DNA from: Paecilomyces variotii
Taxonomy: Eukaryota
DNA: 64,000 bases
Reading direction: 5' to 3' (one strand)
Assembly (NCBI GenBank): GCA_004022145.1
Contig: RCNU01000014.1
Notes under the pieces: model-generated
What the model saw: the letters and a program-made list of their open reading frames with translations, nothing else
Told to the model about the DNA's origin: nothing
The model's database searches: none
Shown: piece after piece, positions 61,133 to 64,000 of the stretch
How positions within the stretch are numbered: the first letter of the stretch is position 1
Layout of the letters: every line of letters starts with the position of its first letter
Program-made: the position numbers and the translations under genes

Positions 61133-62754
61133 CTACTCATGAGAATTTCCGGTGTCAAATGCCTCACGCAACGCGACATCGTATTGCTCCTTGTCCTTCA
61201 CTCTTTTTTCAATAAACTTGAAGGCATTGAATGTCCAGTAGGGCATGGTGATTGTCCAGAAAGCTGGATCGTCATGGGCCTTCGAAAACCTCGGCTGAAT
61301 GAAGTCGTAAAAGATTTTGAACAACGCCGTAGGACTACTGAGAGCGAGAGAATACCAAAATGTTCCTCTCTCCCAACCGTCCTGTAAAATAGGATACAGA
61401 CGGGCTGGCAGCTCGGTTTTCATTTCTTCCTCCGCGAAGCCCTTCATGAACTCTTCGCGCAGAATCGCGTAGTTATCTACGCTGATCAGATCAATGGCCT
61501 CATTCGTCAGCCAGTAGGGAGGATGAATCATCTCCACTGGATGGGAGCATGTCCACTCCAGATCGATAAGGCATTTGATATTCCAATCATCGTCGACAAA
61601 GATATTGCTCTGGTTGAGATCAGTGAGATTAAGAAAGAACGGACCTCGAAAGAGATCACGGCGGAAAAAGCAAGACCATATACTTCTCATAACCATCAAT
61701 GCAGATGTTTGGTAGAAACCATCTTCGAGATTATTGACTGCATTCGGCTGGTGGCGAAGGCGACTTTCATGGAAAGCAAGTATATCATTGACATAAGAGT
61801 CAACAGTGGCATAAGTGGTATGTCGCGGAATGTCAACTGGTATATGCTCATTTTCTAGTTGGTGGATTTCAAGGGTAAGAGGGCGGTTACTCAAAGTTAA
61901 GTACCCCTTTTCATCTATAGTAAACGCTCCGATCTTTGGTAATGGAATACGTGCCAAAGCCAACATAATGCGAGAAAGGCCGCGGAAAAGGTTCCTGCGC
62001 AATGCGACATCGTGGCGACCTTCTTCCCATGTTTCGGAAAGCATTTTGCCTCTCGACGGATCGATATATTCAATCAAAAGGTAGGGTGTTCCCAGTCCGG
62101 TTTGATCTTTGATCTGATGTTGAACATAGGGGGACGGAGTCGGGTAGTTTAACCAACTCAACAACCGACGGCGCAGATGCTGCATGATGCGGGTTATAAA
62201 AGGCAGGTTATCGAGAACAGTGAACTAGAATTGTAAGCGGCAAGTCCTCTTGGAAGACATGTAAACGGAGGTCATACAGTTTGGCCAGTGGACAGCCCAT
62301 ACCCATAAAGCTGTGGAATTGGGACAGTTGGACAATTCTCTTGGAGCCATGCGTAGGTGCCAACTTCACAGCGGACCTTCTCATCCGCATTGCCTGGGCA
62401 GCATTCCTCTCCAATCCGGTAAGGCAAGGGAAACCGCATCATCAATTGTCTCCGGGGATCTCGTCCTTGGCCATCAACATCAACTCGGATGCAGACGTTG
62501 AAGCTGCCATGGATCCAGTCCTCCACATCAACAGTACGACATGCATCCGCGGAACGGAGGCCGAGATGATGGGCGACGGTTCTTTCTATCAGCTTGCGAT
62601 TTCGGTACAGATGGGTAAAATATCGAATCTTCTGATCCCTATATCCCAACTGATGCAGGATATTAGCGTCTTGTTCCTTTGCGGCGGCGTATGTGATCTC
62701 TCCGCGAAGCAAGCGACGTTTCCGCAGAGCAAGCGAATCATGGTCCTGAGACAT
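61133..62754 (-). CDS. APH/choline-kinase-like phosphotransferase family protein
   Basis: WIHGSFNVC, MRFPLPYRIGE, EKVRCEVGTY, PIPQLYGYG; intron 62277-62225; LTDLNQSNIFVD and IDLEW kinase-fold motifs. Confidence 0.88.
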
Positions 62755-63096
62755 TCTTCGCGACCGATGCCTTTGAAGGATGGAGTGGGAGAAGCCAACT
62801 AACAGCTGATACAATTGAGATGAACAGGGCGGTGACTGTCACCTCGGGTAAACAATCTTCCTGTTCGAGCGACCTTGTCGATAGTCCCTGTCGATACGGG
62901 CTTTTGGCTGATCATCCCTGATGAGGGACGACAGTCCGTAGTCTAGACCAGTACGTAGAACTAAGTTGTGCTGGCTGTTCCCGTAGCCACATAATTATAA
63001 TTATAATGGCATCGATTAACTAACTAGCCATAGACAATAGAGTGACGAACTCACCCATTGAAGGTCAAGTAACCTAGTACTGTACTCATTCCCGTT

Positions 63097-63223
63097 GGAG
63101 CCTGCCTACAAGCCGGCCTCCCTGCTGTCAGTTTCTCTCACGCCTTCTAGCTACAGCAACAGAGATAAATAGGCTGAGCTAGTTGTTAGAGAATTCAAGC
63201 TCAGCGAGCTTGGCTCCAGAATT
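63097..63223. repeat. Dispersed repeat, copy 2 (longer; overlaps a minus-strand intron 3' end)
   Basis: Same collinear blocks as 34677-34769; 31-nt identity at 63175-63205. Confidence 0.9.
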
Positions 63224-64000
63224 CCAGTTAGGTGAAATACTTACCCAGTTAGGCCAATACTCCAAAGGCACAGTCAGGAACCGTTCATTATTATTCACCA
63301 ACTACCGTCCACTCCACGATATTCGATGCCAGTACAACCGCCTTTGGGCGGCCTCCATTGTCCTTGCGGTCCAAAATTGGTTCCACCCCTAAGCCAGGGA
63401 GTGTGACGATGGTCTGGGCATGGGTTTCTGCTGTTCCCTAATCCCACTAGTTCAAAATGCTTCCTTTGAACTGGTATTGGAGCCTTTTGCTAGGTTTTAT
63501 ATCATTGGGCAGATTATTTTTATTTGCTCTTATAGTCCAAAACTTTGATTAGAATTTGCCTAAGAAAAAGGTTGTAAACCAGCCGCCTGGGTTCTCAGAG
63601 ACATTCATCACCTTATTAGGATTATTTCATAATCTATATCGACAGCCGTCGCCCTCAAATATCTCCTATTCCTTCTCTGTCTCCGGGGTGGATCAAGCTG
63701 GCCCCCGCCGTGTAAATAGAAGGCGCCTCGTCTGGAAACGATTCAACTCTTGGGCTCAGTGCGTATCTGCATTGCTCTCTAGATCATGGCGCATAAGTAT
63801 AAATGATGATAGGGCCCAGCGCAGCCAGTACAGTTGGTTGATATCTTTGATGTTATAGCTCTCTTCCTGATCGTCTGGGCCATCATATGGCTGATCACTT
63901 AGGAGCCTCCGAAGAGAAACTACGATATATATGTCGTTCAGCGACTCTGTCCATCCCGGGTATGACTCAATTGATCTTTGTAGTACCGTGTGCTCGAAGG

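Noticed and set aside
62281-62802. 173-aa plus-strand ORF
   Set aside because: Antisense shadow of phosphotransferase exon 1.
1-64000. Starship element, intact transposon or secondary-metabolite cluster
   Set aside because: No tyrosine-recombinase captain, DDE transposase, reverse transcriptase, PKS or NRPS motifs were recognised in any ORF.

Overview
Filamentous ascomycete (Eurotiales-like) genomic DNA with short GT-AG introns, about 23 protein-coding genes and one tRNA. Core genes in order: J-domain protein (runs off the left edge), uaY, MFS transporter, mitochondrial Obg/MTG2, JmjC protein, divergent lamA/lamB, tRNA-Arg(ACG), PPC decarboxylase, AlkB-GRF dioxygenase, AKTIP/FTS-like UBC protein, homeobox-C2H2 factor, PEX7 and CCDC124/Lso2. 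Four accessory-looking patches interrupt them: an AT/TpA-rich tract at about 9.7-11.6 kb; 33.4-35.6 kb; 49.6-57 kb; and 61-64 kb. The most unusual signals are (1) two stop-free, in-frame intron-like segments (exitron candidates) in the J-protein gene, which also has a long ATG-free leader and a Cys-rich uORF; (2) a 260-bp foldback-like array of a 16-bp unit mixed with CCCTAA telomere-like repeats; (3) a frameshifted PD-(D/E)xK-nuclease-like relic divergent from an intact atypical kinase gene; (4) a short sequence duplicated between 34.7 and 63.1 kb; and (5) GATA and TTCGGCG motif clusters that extend into the lamA introns. No CRISPR array, rRNA, intact transposase or Starship captain was seen. 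Splice models and family calls come from reading the sequence by eye; no database was searched.
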